Shown one piece after another: positions 1 through 13,300 of a stretch of 64,000 bases of DNA (the stretch's first letter is position 1; the number at the start of each line of letters is the position of its first letter). The position numbers and the translations under genes were made by a program. Source of the DNA: the human T2T-CHM13v2.0 reference genome, Homo sapiens. The DNA lies in NCBI RefSeq assembly GCF_009914755.1, contig NC_060933.1. One strand, 5' to 3'. A model generated the notes under the pieces. It ran no database searches and was not told the DNA's origin. It saw nothing but the letters and a program-made list of their open reading frames with translations.

Positions 1-135
1 CTGCTGCCTTTTGTTTGGCTATGCCCTGCCCCCAGAGGCGGAGTCTACAGAGGCAGGCAGGCCTCCTTGAGCTGCAGTGGGCTCCACCCAGTTCAAGCTT
101 CCCAGCTGCTTTGTTTACCTACTCAAGCCTCAGCA

Positions 136-363
136 ATGGCAGGTGCCCCTCCCCCAGCCTTGCTGCCACCTTGCAGTTCAATCTCAGACTGCTGTGCTAG
201 CAATGAGCGAGACTCCGTGGGCATAGGACCCTCTGAGCCAGGCGTGGGATATAATCTCCTGGTGTGCCATTTGCTAAGACCGTCGGAAAAGCTCAGTATT
301 AGGGTGGGAGTGACCCGATTTTCCAGGTGCCGTCCATCACCCCTAGGAAAGGGAATTCCCTGA
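136..363 (+). CDS. ORF0: L1 antisense ORF0 protein (75 aa, MAGAPPPALLPPCSSISDCCASNERDSVGIGPSEPGVGY...)
   Basis: ATG at 136 in a good Kozak context (gcaATGg), in frame with listed ORF 67..363. The translation matches primate L1 ORF0 up to ...IRVGVTRFSRC. Expression is not shown by sequence. Confidence 0.8.
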   Translation: MAGAPPPALLPPCSSISDCCASNERDSVGIGPSEPGVGYNLLVCHLLRPSEKLSIRVGVTRFSRCRPSPLGKGIP

Positions 364-544
364 CCCCTTGCACTTCCTGGGTGAGGCGATGCCTCGCCCT
401 GCTTTGGCTCAGGCTCGGTGCACTGCACCCACTGTCCGACAATCCCCAATGAGATGCACCTGGTACCTCAGTTGGAAATGCAGAAATCATTCATCTTCTG
501 CGTCGCTCACACTGGGAGCTGTAGACTGGAGCTGTTCCTATTCG

Positions 545-554
545 GCCATCTTGG
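545..554 (-). promoter_or_regulatory. YY1 site of the L1 sense promoter
   Basis: GCCATCTTGG (reverse CCAAGATGGC) about 10-20 nt from the L1 5' end, the canonical position. Confidence 0.85.
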
Positions 555-1329
555 CTCCACACCCAGATACTGAGACATTAAAACTCGTTAGCAGGCAGGC
601 AACATCTAATCTAATAATTAACAAAAAAGCTTTTTTCCCCTAAGTTGTTGAAACATTTGGGGCAGAAGTCCCCTCCCTCAGTTATTTCTAGCTCCTGTTC
701 CTTTCTTTTGCTTGCCAGTGTTGACATTTAACTTGGTTGAGTCACATTTGGAAACACTGTCACAGGTGGGTACTGTTTAGCACAGAGTTTCCACTGGTCT
801 ACATCCAAAAAGATTATGGATAACCAAACTCTGAGTTGCAAGAGGAAGGATGTGTCCCTAAAATCTCCATTTTCATAGCAATCTTCCTGGAATCAGAGAC
901 AGGGCTGTGCTGTCTAGCCTCTATGCTGGGTGGGTGCCCCATCCCCTGCTTTGGAAAAAGACTCCAGAAGCATGAATGTGATTTTAGGATCCAAGTGGGC
1001 CTCTGCACAGAGACTTTCTCAATTTGGCATTGCTGGGGTTAGAGGGTCAAGGTGATCAAACCTGCAGCTCACTTGTGATATTTGCTGGCAGAAACAAGGG
1101 GATGTTGGCTTGCTTCTGCAGTTGTTGTGGATTTTTAGGAAAGCTTTCAGAATGTGGAAAATAATTCTGCCTTCATTTTCCCTCACTTGTATCTTCACTT
1201 TGCTTTACTTATAGTTTAGGTATGATATTTATCAAAAAACATTAGTTCTAGTTTTAAAAAATGTGTTAAAATTTGCCTCTCTTGTCATACATATTTTTAA
1301 AATGTCCCTAGCATATTAGAACAAAAATA

Positions 1330-1500
1330 TTAAAGCTTGAAGGCCCCCAGAGATCATCCAGTTTTTCAGCCTCTTTATAGATAGGGAAACTGAGGGCTGG
1401 AGGTACTGTGACTTCTGGGATATCATTTGATAGCATTGTGATTCTAAAAGTGCGATGATCTTGGTCTCTCTTGTCAGACTACAGAGCTCTTTTTAGTTTA
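1330..1500 (-). mobile_element. MIR
   Basis: Core tttatagatagggaaactgagg. Confidence 0.7.
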
Positions 1501-3019
1501 CCAGGTCACCTGATATGTTTGTGGTCATAGAAAGTCTTAGGTCACAATCTCTGTGAAACAGAGCTCTTCAAAAATATTTAATTAAATCAGTTTGTACTAC
1601 AAACAAATGAGTGTTCTCTCAGAGTGTAACTTCCCTTTAGTTTTCATTTATGGTCTTTGCAGCAATAAATATATCTGTACAATAGCTAGGCAGTCTCAAA
1701 GAAAATATTTTTAGTGGAAATAAATTATTTTTCTTCCACCAATTTCCCTAGGTGAGACTGAATTGAGAATAAGGAAAATAGAGAGGATGTCTGCAAGCCT
1801 GTGTGTATTCCATATAGGAATATGGAGAGTGATTCTGTGGTTGATAATTATGCTGCCTTATTTTCTGACAGACCGAGTTTCAGGTCCTAAAAATGTAATA
1901 TAATCATCAATCTGAAACCTTTTTACAGCATTTGTCAAATTCATCTCTTTTTTTAAATTCAGAAAAATCAATTTTTGATGGATAGAAATCTCAAGGCCCA
2001 GAAAGCAGGCATCCTTGGGGTAACTTCCTCTGTAGTAGGCACAGAGCTGTACATGAGAGTTTGAATTAATATTTTGATGTTTCCCAAGCTTCATTCTTAC
2101 TTGAGTAAAGGGGAGAAGTGGAGGACTGGGGAGGTCTTTAGCAGTGGGAAACCCTTTTCAAACAGAATAAGGAAGACATCACTTTTGATACCTAACCCCA
2201 AGCCAAACACAGAATGTTCTAGCAGCCTTAAGATTTCTGGTTTAATTGCTCTATCTAAGAGACTAATTTATATGCCCATCCCCTTGAAAGCTGTCAATCT
2301 GAAATTCTCTTTGAAAGTCAGGTGGCTTGCTTTATACTCAGCAGGCATGTTCCATGGTAGCTCTGTTGTCCAGAGCTCTCAGCAGAAAAGTTTATGCTCT
2401 TTGTAATTCTATATCTCTCCTTCAAATCTCTTTGTAATTCTACATTGATCAGTTGGGACATGGAAGCTGAAAGAATTTCAGGCCATGCTGCAACTCTGTA
2501 CATTCTGAAAATTCTCTGGAGGAAATTCTTACTTTACCCTATTTGTTTACTATAGACAAAATATACATATAATAACATATTTATTATTATAAATATAAAT
2601 ATTTGTTTATTATATAATAATCCCAGATAAAATAATCTCAGAAATACTCTGGTGGCAAGTATAGACTGGCTTTTAAATATCTCTAATTATCTGAGCATCT
2701 AGGGACTCAATCTATCTAACTTGTGTCATTGGTGCTGAAGTCAATCATTATAATGTGGAAAGAAACCTCTTTTCCATCAAAGTCAAGAATGCCTATCCTT
2801 GCACTCTGGGAAAATAATATTTATTATAAAGGCAATTGTGACATCCCAAACCATAGTTGTTATCAAGTTCCTCATACTCTAAGATCCTTTATGTAAGAAT
2901 GGAGGGAATAAATTTCATAGTTTCATTCTTTCGTAGGTACTGGAATTGCCATCTCCAATATACGTGTTATTAAAAATTATCTTGAAATAATCAAACAGTC
3001 AAAGGGGACATTGGAAATG

Positions 3020-3240
3020 AGGTAGTGAAAAGACTACGGGACTCACAAGTAGATAGACTTGGGTTAACACACTGCGGGTGGTAAGGTGGTTGACTTGGCA
3101 AGTGAGTTGTCTAACTTTTCTAATCTCAGTGGTTTTTCTTGTGAAGTGGGACTAATAAAATTATCACAGTGTTGTTCTAAGAATTCATTGAGACAATGCG
3201 TGTAAAGTGTCTGGCTTATTAGGAACTTAATAAATACTGA
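3020..3240 (+). mobile_element. MIR (MIRb-like)
   Basis: gacttggcaagt...ctcagt...gagacaatgcgtgtaaagtg...aataaatac. Confidence 0.75.
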
Positions 3241-4482
3241 TGTTTCTCCCTGCTGAAGACTTTAATACTACTTTTGATTTATGTGCTGGTTTTGTCCTGA
3301 AAGTTGTTTTTAGGTCCAGTAGTTTTTGTTGGCTCAGTTGGGAGCTCTGAATGAATGAAAATCCCAGGCAACTCTGACATTGGGCTGGGTGAAAGATCCA
3401 TTCCCAAGAAGTTCAAGGAAATCAATACCTTCCTAATTTCTTCACTCGGTGTAGAGTTATAGGTGTTGCCCCAAATTCTGATACTCAAGTCTGATAACAG
3501 TGTGGTGGTTTCCACTGTTAGAAAACCTACCCAATGTTGTATTACTCCTTGTGCCCAACATCTTCTTAAAAAAGCTGTGGATAAACTGATTTTTTGAGAG
3601 GCTATGGAAGTTTGACAAACTGGTATTCTATTGCCTTGGGTAGAGATGGTTAAGTGTGGGAGTCAAATGAAGAAACACCACCATCAGGGAGGACACTAGA
3701 GATAGGGGCTCATACACACAGAGCTCACGGCTTGTGCGATGATATTGTGAAGTCATGTTTAAGTGGAAACTCAGACACCAGATGTGTACAGCTGCAGTAG
3801 AGGAGCCAACCCAGCCAAAGCCAGAAAAGCCCCATGCTGGTTGTTTTACTTTTGAGTGAGAAGGAAGGGGAAATAAATCTCTCACAATAGATAAAGAGAA
3901 GATAGTTCATGTTTTTTTTTATCACCTTTTTCTTTTCCTTTATTTTAAAGTCTAAATGGGGCCATTTGTCTTTAATGTGTTTTACCTATCAAGAAATACG
4001 TGAGCAATTCTATATCAATTAAAAAATGTGAACAGTTCTGCAGAAAAATGTTCAGTTCAAGTGGCTTAAGACAGGTTCCATTTGTTCAACAATCTATACT
4101 TTTTAAAAGGCTATACTTTTCTTGAGAGTTCCTTAAGTTCATAGCATGAAGAGGGATGAGTTGCTGATCCTATATACGTAAGTATTGCCTTTATAACCGT
4201 ATTTTTTTCCTCTTTGGGTAAAGATTTCATTTAAACAATCATCAGCAAATGTCTTTGCTAATGGTATATATACAGTGGGACTAACTTTTCTCTGGGGAAG
4301 TTAGTCCATTGAAAATTATTTGCTGTAACTTATTCCTTGCCGCAGACAGTATCATGGTCCAACAGAAAAGCATTTAAAACTTTGTTATGTGTTATTAAGG
4401 AATATTTACACTTGTGGGGCTATTCTTAAGATAGCCAGAGCACTTTTGTAGCTGAATTACAAAAAGAACACATCCAACCTAG

Positions 4483-4549
4483 GTTTGTTTGTTTATTTAT
4501 TTAGGCTACTCCTTGCAGAGCAGGGCTAACTCCTAAGCAGTGTCCCCAG
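4483..4549 (-). mobile_element. Short A-tailed fragment resembling an ERV1-class LTR segment
   Basis: ctactccttgcagagcagggcta...gcagtgtccccag preceded by a (tttg/ttta)n tail. Family name uncertain. Confidence 0.45.
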
Positions 4550-4799
4550 CCTAGTCTTTCTTAAATACAGAAAAGATGAAGCCCAGAATCCTAGTTTTCA
4601 GAGTTTATATCTACAAGTCTGACTTATCTGTGAAATTGGCTAGAGCTAGAATATACTTGATTACAACCCCTTTAAAACTGAGCTTCCCATTTTGTCTATA
4701 CACATATTGAAGACTGTAAAGAAGGAAAACACGTAATGTTTTCTTAAAAATGTCCTAAAAGGAGACATTTAAATGTCCTTAAAAATGAAATTCATCATT

Positions 4800-4873
4800 T
4801 GTTATCTTAACATACTAGTATATCTGAAACTTGACAACGCAAGTTTCAGATATACTAGTATGTTAGGATAACA
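4800..4873. repeat. 34-bp inverted repeat with 6-nt loop
   Basis: 4800-4833 is the reverse complement of 4840-4873 with one mismatch (G:U in plus-strand RNA). Loop is acaacg. Confidence 0.97.
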
Positions 4874-5474
4874 GTAAAAGAAAGATTAGACTAGCAGGGG
4901 AATAAAATGCACAACAAAATCTCCTCTCCCTTCCTGTACTCTTATTTGAATGAAAAGACTGGAAAAGATGCTTGGTTTAAACCACATGGGAAAAATATCT
5001 TTTCAGCTGCAAACTGCTTTTTATATTTTAGCAATGTAAACACATTGTATGGGAATACAAGGGGCTGTGCTGCCTCCCTGTCCAAATACTGCATGCAGGT
5101 AACACCGAACAAGAGGTGGAGTGATAACATGGACAGACTGCCTGGAACACAGATACCATCTCCCAGGGCCCAGGATTCGGAGGCCTAGAGGTAACGCTGG
5201 TGTTTCTAGGCTTTGCAACAGTGAAGGACCACTGCCACCTGTGGACAGCAGCAAGCATTAGCGACATGCTGCAGGCCGAGTGAAGTGTCAGTGTTGTATT
5301 TTTACAGTGACAACAAGGCAACCTGGTGAACCAGATATTCCAAAATTTTCCCAATAAGTGTTTTATGAGTACCTCCATGGCCTGGGGTAGGACTTTTCAC
5401 TGCAAATCAATAAGCATCCTTCAGACCATATGTATGTAGGACATGGTCATCATGTGTTAATATAAAACCACAGA

Positions 5475-5675
5475 GAAGGCATCTTAAATTCTAATGCCTT
5501 TGAGGGGCAGTTAGATCATGTAGATGTAAAAGAATAAGAGTGATCAGGACAGCAAATTGGAGACCGCATGCCCTACCTAGATGCATTCAGTTTTGTTTAT
5601 TTATTTACTTTTTAAAGAATGTACTCCATCAAGCAACATGCGTTTGAAGCTCAGATTCAGCCTGCAACCATCTAG
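5475..5675 (+). mobile_element. Degenerate hAT-Charlie MITE (MER102-like)
   Basis: aattctaatgcctttgaggggcag start and aacatgcgtttgaagctcagattcagcctgc end. Confidence 0.45.
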
Positions 5676-5950
5676 CACCAGAGGTCAGTGAGTGGATGTA
5701 TGAGATCCCAGGTTACATTTGTGTACCCAGAAGCAAAGGTCTAAGCATGCTTCATTCACTCATTCATTAATGTAGAAATTCAACTTATTCACCGAAAAAT
5801 ACTTATTGCATCTTTGTCTTATTCTAGACATCACTCTATCTTGATAGACAAGTTGGGAAAATAGATATCAAACAAATAATCACACAAATAGAATTACATT
5901 TGTAATAAATGAAATGAATGAAAATCCCAGGCAACTCTAAAAATGTGTAT

Positions 5951-6975
<1,025 letters not shown>

Positions 6976-7089
6976 GTCACTCTATGATCCGACTTGGTTT
7001 TCTCTTGAAGGAGGTGACATTTAGGCTTAGATTTGAAAACTAAGAAGTTATTCAGAAGATGAAGTGGGAAAGTTTGATCCTGGTAGAGA

Positions 7090-7750
7090 CAGGGCTGGAT
7101 TACAGGGCAGATGAGCTGCTGGACAGGAATGCTATAATATTTCCAGAGTAAATGTAAAATGCGGTAACTGCCATCACAGGTTTTTGTACATGAAGGCTCA
7201 CCGTCCTGAAGAGATGAAAGTAGGTCTCACCCTCGCTGAGGTGGAGAGAGGATTTGGGAGTGCAAAATAAAATAAAACCATCACCGGTCTGTTTCTTGAG
7301 TGCTTTTAATGTGTAGTTACCCAAGTTGCTTGGCACAGCTACTATCTGAAACTGGCAGTCATGATCATCTGAAATTCCAAAACCACATCATGCATAGGGT
7401 GGTGATAGTGTGCTGGTATAGTGTTGTGCATAGTGTATGATAAGTGATAGGATTTGTGATCTAAATGCAAAGCCCTTCAATACATTTCCCACCCCCTAAG
7501 AAGTTGTCTTGTTTAATAATTGACAAAAGAAACAAATGAAGGTTGTGCACATTTTTCAGAATATTGGTTTTGCTTTAACCAAGTGAATTGAAGTGTTTAT
7601 AAATCTATTTCTGTAAGCAATTTTTATTAATAGAAAACTAGGTTTACCCCGCTCTCACGAGAGAAACATTGAACAAATATTTAAAGACTATCGGTTTGAA
7701 GGAGCTCCAGACACTCAGTCCTCCAGGGCACGGCCGTGTCTTTAGCTGTT
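7090..7750. mobile_element. hAT-Tip100 DNA transposon (MER115/Zaphod-like)
   Basis: Starts cagggctgg; ends gagagaaacattgaacaaatatttaaagactatcggtttgaagg...gtgtct. Confidence 0.6.
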
Positions 7751-8429
7751 GCAGGCTTGTGAGGAGGTTAGTAAGTTCAAGGAATCAAAGGAAGGGCAGG
7801 GTATCTGGGACATGGTGTAAATGATGAGGAGAGTGCAGGGAGGAAGGCAGAGGCCCATCCAGGATCATGCCATGGAAACTCTCTGTTAAAGATTTTGGTC
7901 TTCATGTTATGGGAATTTTGGAGTTGTCAAAGGGTTTTAAGCAGTGAAATAACATGATCATATCTGCACATTTACTGTGTGTCTCCTGCAGAGCAAACAG
8001 TCTGTTGGGAGCAAGTTATTTTCTCTCCGGGAAAGGCAGAGTTCTTTCATGCAGCAATCTGGATTTCAAACATGGGTGAACCTTCTTTCAGGTGTTGCCT
8101 AAAAGGGGTATGTGAAGATTATTAATCACTCACAGCAGACATTTGGAAATTTTGCAGAGCAAAAATGAACAAACTACATCAACAATAATAAATCTATAAG
8201 TAATCAGATCCCAGTTAAGTGGAGCCTTCAATGGTTTTATTTCTTTTTTTCTTATTTTCATTTTGGATAAATGAATGAAATAATACTTGAACAAAATCAG
8301 AATTGGGGACCAAAATAAAATTTCCTTGTGCCTCCTAGGGTGAGAAGAGATTCAATTCAGTCTATACCATATGAATAAACCTCTCAGGTAACATACAGTA
8401 AGTTGAGTCTCAATATATATGAAAAAAGT

Positions 8430-8725
8430 GGCTGGGCACGGTGGTTCATGCCTGTAATCCGAGCACTTTGGGAGGCCGAGGCGGGTGGATCACCTGAAGA
8501 TGGGAGTTTGAGACCAGCCTGGCCAACATGGTGAAACCCTGTCTCTACTGAAAATACAAAAATTAGCTGGGCATGGTGGCTTGTGCCTGTAGTCCCAGCT
8601 ACTTGGGAGGCTGAGGCAGGATAATCACTTCAAGCCAGGAGGCAGAGGTTGCAGTGAGATGAGACCCGGCCACTGCACTCCTGCCTGGGTGACAGAGCGA
8701 GATTCAGTCTTTAAAAAAAAAAAAA
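8430..8725 (+). mobile_element. AluS (Sx/Sz-like)
   Basis: Full dimer, A tail, TSD aaaaaagt. Confidence 0.97.
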
Positions 8726-8936
8726 GTAATGACAATGAGGCATTAAACTGTTAATGACAGTTTTGATTTATTTGGTGGCAAATACTTTTTTTTGTTAGAG
8801 AATGGTCAAATTCATTTCGAGAACACTCAATGACAAGAACTTATGATAAAGGTGGGTTTTGGCTAATTAGTAATTCCTCTTAAATACTTCTGCACATAGC
8901 ATTTGAGCTAGGTACTGTGATCATTTGTTCATTACC

Positions 8937-9236
<300 letters not shown>

Positions 9237-9349
9237 TTCATTATCTTTTAATTCTTTTAAAAACATTTTGGGGCAAGCATATGATTCTCCTTTTATACCC
9301 TTTACCTGCGCATTGCATTTAAATGAGAATAATTTTCATAGTAATGATG

Positions 9350-9580
9350 AAAGCCAACATTAACACAGCACTTATTATGGGCTAGGAACTCATTTAATTT
9401 TCATAACAGCCATCGGAGCAGGCACTATTATATTACGACCTCACTTTTGGAGATCGGAAAATGAAATCACAGAGAAGTTAAGTAACTTGTCCAAGGCCAT
9501 ACAGCCTGTAGGGAGTGATGGATCTGGAATTAGGGCTCAGAGCGCCTGGTTCCAGAGTCTGTGCACTTTACCACTATACA
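9350..9580 (-). mobile_element. MIR
   Basis: cacagagaagttaagtaacttgtccaaggccatacagc. Confidence 0.9.
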
Positions 9581-10719
9581 TATCAACTCTTTAAAATGAA
9601 TGCTTTTTGAAAAGTCAGTTCATGATATATAGATATGTACATACACAACATTTTTCTTTTGAACACTTTCACAAACTCCTTTAACTGGGTCACCCCAACA
9701 TAAAAAATATGGGAGATTTTTGAAACCTAATCCAACTTTATGGTATAAGATGAGTAGAGTTTAAAAGCAAGCAGATGTTTGCAAAGCATATAAAACTCAA
9801 AATTGCTCTATACTTGATGTTATTTGGAACACAGGCATAATTCTTTTCAAATATGATTTTTATCTAAATGGTGTCCCTTAAAACTTCATTTTAACACTCA
9901 AACGATCCCCAGCTGTTCGGGTAGATTGGCCCCTGCTGGGTCTGTTTCCCAACACTTCCCATATTCCACCATAAATATTCATGATGCAGTACTCCTGCCA
10001 CCCAAAGGGGGGCCAGGATTCATTTTTATGAACTCCTCTCAACTGGGATTAGCCTCTTTCACCTATTACCAACCCCTGAGTTATGGTTTTGTTCTGCCGT
10101 GGTCTCCGTTTTCTTTATTTTTGCTGATATCTGAGAAGCCTGAAGAGAATGTGAAGTGTTAAAGAAACTTCTAATCCCAGGAAGTTGGCCTAAGGACTAT
10201 ACAAAATCAATTTTTAAAATTCAATATCTTATTCAAACTGTACACCCAGATCAGTGTGAAACCACTGTTTTCTTACTTTGCCAGATTTCCTAGGCAACAG
10301 CACTGCCTCTGTAAGAGGTTTGTAAACTTAATTTGGGGGCTGGGAGCGGGGAGGATGGAGAAGCGAAATGGAGGGGATGCTATTTCCGCAGACAACACAT
10401 GCTTGGGCAACAAAAATGATAGATTTTTTCCATATGATTTATGTTTGAATGTGTTTAGACCTCAGAAAATACTAGGAATAAATTTTCTCCTTTTTTCTTT
10501 TTAGTTAAGAAAACAACATTTGGGATCGTGAGGTGGCAGGAGAAGTGTGAATTTTCCCATCTCTGCAGTTCTTTCTCTTTCCCTCTCATCTTCAGTAGGC
10601 TTTGTAAATCAGACCTATTGTTTACATATGCCATGTTTATAATATATTGTTATGCAACCCAGAAGTGCTCTTGATCTCATCCAGACCAAAATCTGGAAAC
10701 TGTGACAATTTGCCTCATC

Positions 10720-10935
10720 AAGGAATAAACACTTGATCTTTGATGTTAAACTTGAGTTCTTATAACTGCTTGGCACTAATCAGTCAGATAAACTTGGACA
10801 CAATGTTTAACACTTCTTGAAATCTCTACTTTTCCGTTCTTAAATAGGGAGGAATATCAGTCACAAAGGCTTCTTGTGAAGCAAAGTAAAGTATGTAGAT
10901 AGAATACTCAGCACAGGCCTAAATAAGAAATGTGT
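10720..10935 (+). mobile_element. MIR
   Basis: aacttggacacaatgtttaacacttc...gcttcttgtgaag...ctcagcacag. Confidence 0.6.
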
Positions 10936-11007
10936 GTTCCATTCCCTCTTGCTTTAAGAGACAGCAGCTGCTTTGATGTTGGAAGAAAAAGTGAATAGTG
11001 AAAGATG

Positions 11008-11971
11008 AATAGTTGGACCTTACCATACTGGGGTACAGTAGTCACAGTCCACTTTTCATGGCTTTGCTGCATTGCAAAATGGCAAGAGGTTGGCTTCTGA
11101 ACATCTTGGAAATACCATCCAATTCTGTAAATGTTTCTGCCATAATATGAGTGAGTTGTGAGGAGGGACAGACTGAATGGACTACACTTCTAGGGTTGAT
11201 TAACTACATAGTAGAGTGGGCAGTATTTTCAAACAGTCTTTCTGCAAGGGCTATTCTACTCGCTTGAAAACCCACTGGAGGCAACTGATTACCACCAACT
11301 ACTCTTTCAGCTCCGCCAAGACTACTTCAAGGAGGAGATGCTGAAAGAACCATTTACTCATTGACAAGGATGGATTATTGTCTACCTTGACATGGATCCC
11401 ATTAAAAAACAAAACAAAACAAAGAAAAAAAACAAAAAAACACCTACTGATACTGATACTGTTCCAGTCAGAAGAACTGGCTGGAACAGAGTCAATGACC
11501 AAAAAAACTGGAGGCAGTACATTGGACTATTTAAAGGATAGAAGGATAGTATGGATTTGTAGTCATATTGCTGGGGTTTGACTCCTGTCTTATTGAACCT
11601 AACACTATGACATTAGGCAAATCACTTAACTTTTCTGAACCTGGGTTTCTAATAGCAGTAGGACCTGCCTTATATGATTGTGACAGGGATTAAATGAGAT
11701 AGTCCAGGCAAAATATTTAGCACACTAACAACAGTGTTGGCATGATACCCAACTTATATTAGCTTCAAATTGTTTCTGAAGCACATAGCTGAGAGTAAAC
11801 ATTAGATTCCCATTCCATATTTCATTCATGGGACAAAGGAGCTAACCACGGACACTTAATGGATCATGCTGGCAGAGATGTGAGTGGAAATGCAACAAAA
11901 GTATTGAATGTCCATTGAACATAGAAAATAGTTGGACCTTACCATACTGGGGCACAGTAGTCACAGTCCAC
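11008..11971 (+). repeat. 45-bp dispersed direct repeat (11008-11052 and 11927-11971)
   Basis: aatagttggaccttaccatactgggg(t/c)acagtagtcacagtccac; 44/45 identical. Confidence 0.97.
11540..11765 (+). mobile_element. MIR
   Basis: tgacattaggcaaatcacttaacttttctgaacctgggtttct...gattaaatgagata. Confidence 0.85.
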
Positions 11972-12477
11972 AGTTGTCAAAGTCCTTGACAACACTGAAG
12001 GTTTTAAAAATATGTACTGGTATCTACATTTTGAAGAGCGAAACTTGGTGGATTGCTCTGCTCTGTGTTTCTACGTGGCTCTTTGTGTGCATTTGGAAGG
12101 TGCAAGCATGCTTTCCAAGGTGTATGCATGGAATGGTCCTTTTTTGATATGAAGTGGCAGTTACTATACACAGAGCCTGGTGTCACCTGTGATTGCATTT
12201 CTTAAGTATGACTGTCACTCACCAGGCAGAGCTATTGGCTATTTCAATCTCAGGCAGCTTCAGGCTTGCCATATTATTTTCAGCTGTACTTCAGCATGTA
12301 TTTGGAGCATTTCTTTAGCTTTCCTTGCTTCCAGTTACATCATTTGGTCCCTCTTGGGCTGTCTCATGGTCGCTATGCCACTTAGGAGTCTAGCCCTGTG
12401 GGGTAGTGAGTATTGTTTAGATGCATTCCGGTACCATACTACTGATGGTCATTTTGCATCAGCTAAAATTCACTTAG

Positions 12478-12840
<363 letters not shown>

Positions 12841-12979
12841 AACATCGTTGTGCTTCTGATGTGACATACATGGCAGAGTGGGGTCAGAAACTGATAGGGA
12901 GAAACATCATCACGACCCTTGTCAACTCACTCACCCTTATCTGTTTCCTCAAAAGATATACATTAAAAGAATATTATTT

Positions 12980-13300
12980 GGCTGGGCATGGTGGCTCATG
13001 CCTGTAATCCCAGCATTTTGGGAGGTCAAGGCAGGCAGATCACGAGGTCAAGAGATCGAGACCATCCTGGCCAACATAGTGAAACCCTGTCTCTACTAAA
13101 AATACAAAAATTAGCTGGGCATGGTGGCACATGCCTGTAGTCCCAGCTACTCAGGAGGCTGAGGCAAGAGAGTTGCTTGACCCGGGAGGCAGAGGTTGCA
13201 GTGAGCCGAGATCGTGCCACTGCACTCCAGCCTGGTGACAGAGCGAGACTCTGTCTAAAAACAAAAAACAAAAACAACAACAACAAAACAAACAAAAAAC
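12980..13300 (+). mobile_element. AluSc-like with (CAAA/CAA)n tail
   Basis: gatcacgaggtcaagagatcgagaccatcctggccaac; cctggtgacagag. Confidence 0.97.

Larger units (their letters stand above)
1..564 (-). mobile_element. LINE-1 5' UTR (L1PA4-like); 5' end of a probably full-length element continuing left of the window
   Basis: Reverse complement begins GGGTGTGGAGCCAAGATGGCCGAATAGGAACAGCTCCAGTCTACAGCTCCCAG, the L1PA 5' terminus. Continuous similarity to the L1PA3-5 5' UTR back to base 1. Confidence 0.95.

Noticed and set aside
11290-11441. Coding-like stretch followed by ATTAAA and an A-rich tail (possible processed pseudogene)
   Set aside because: Translations are short and unrecognised, the signal abuts the tail with no spacer, and no TSD is visible.
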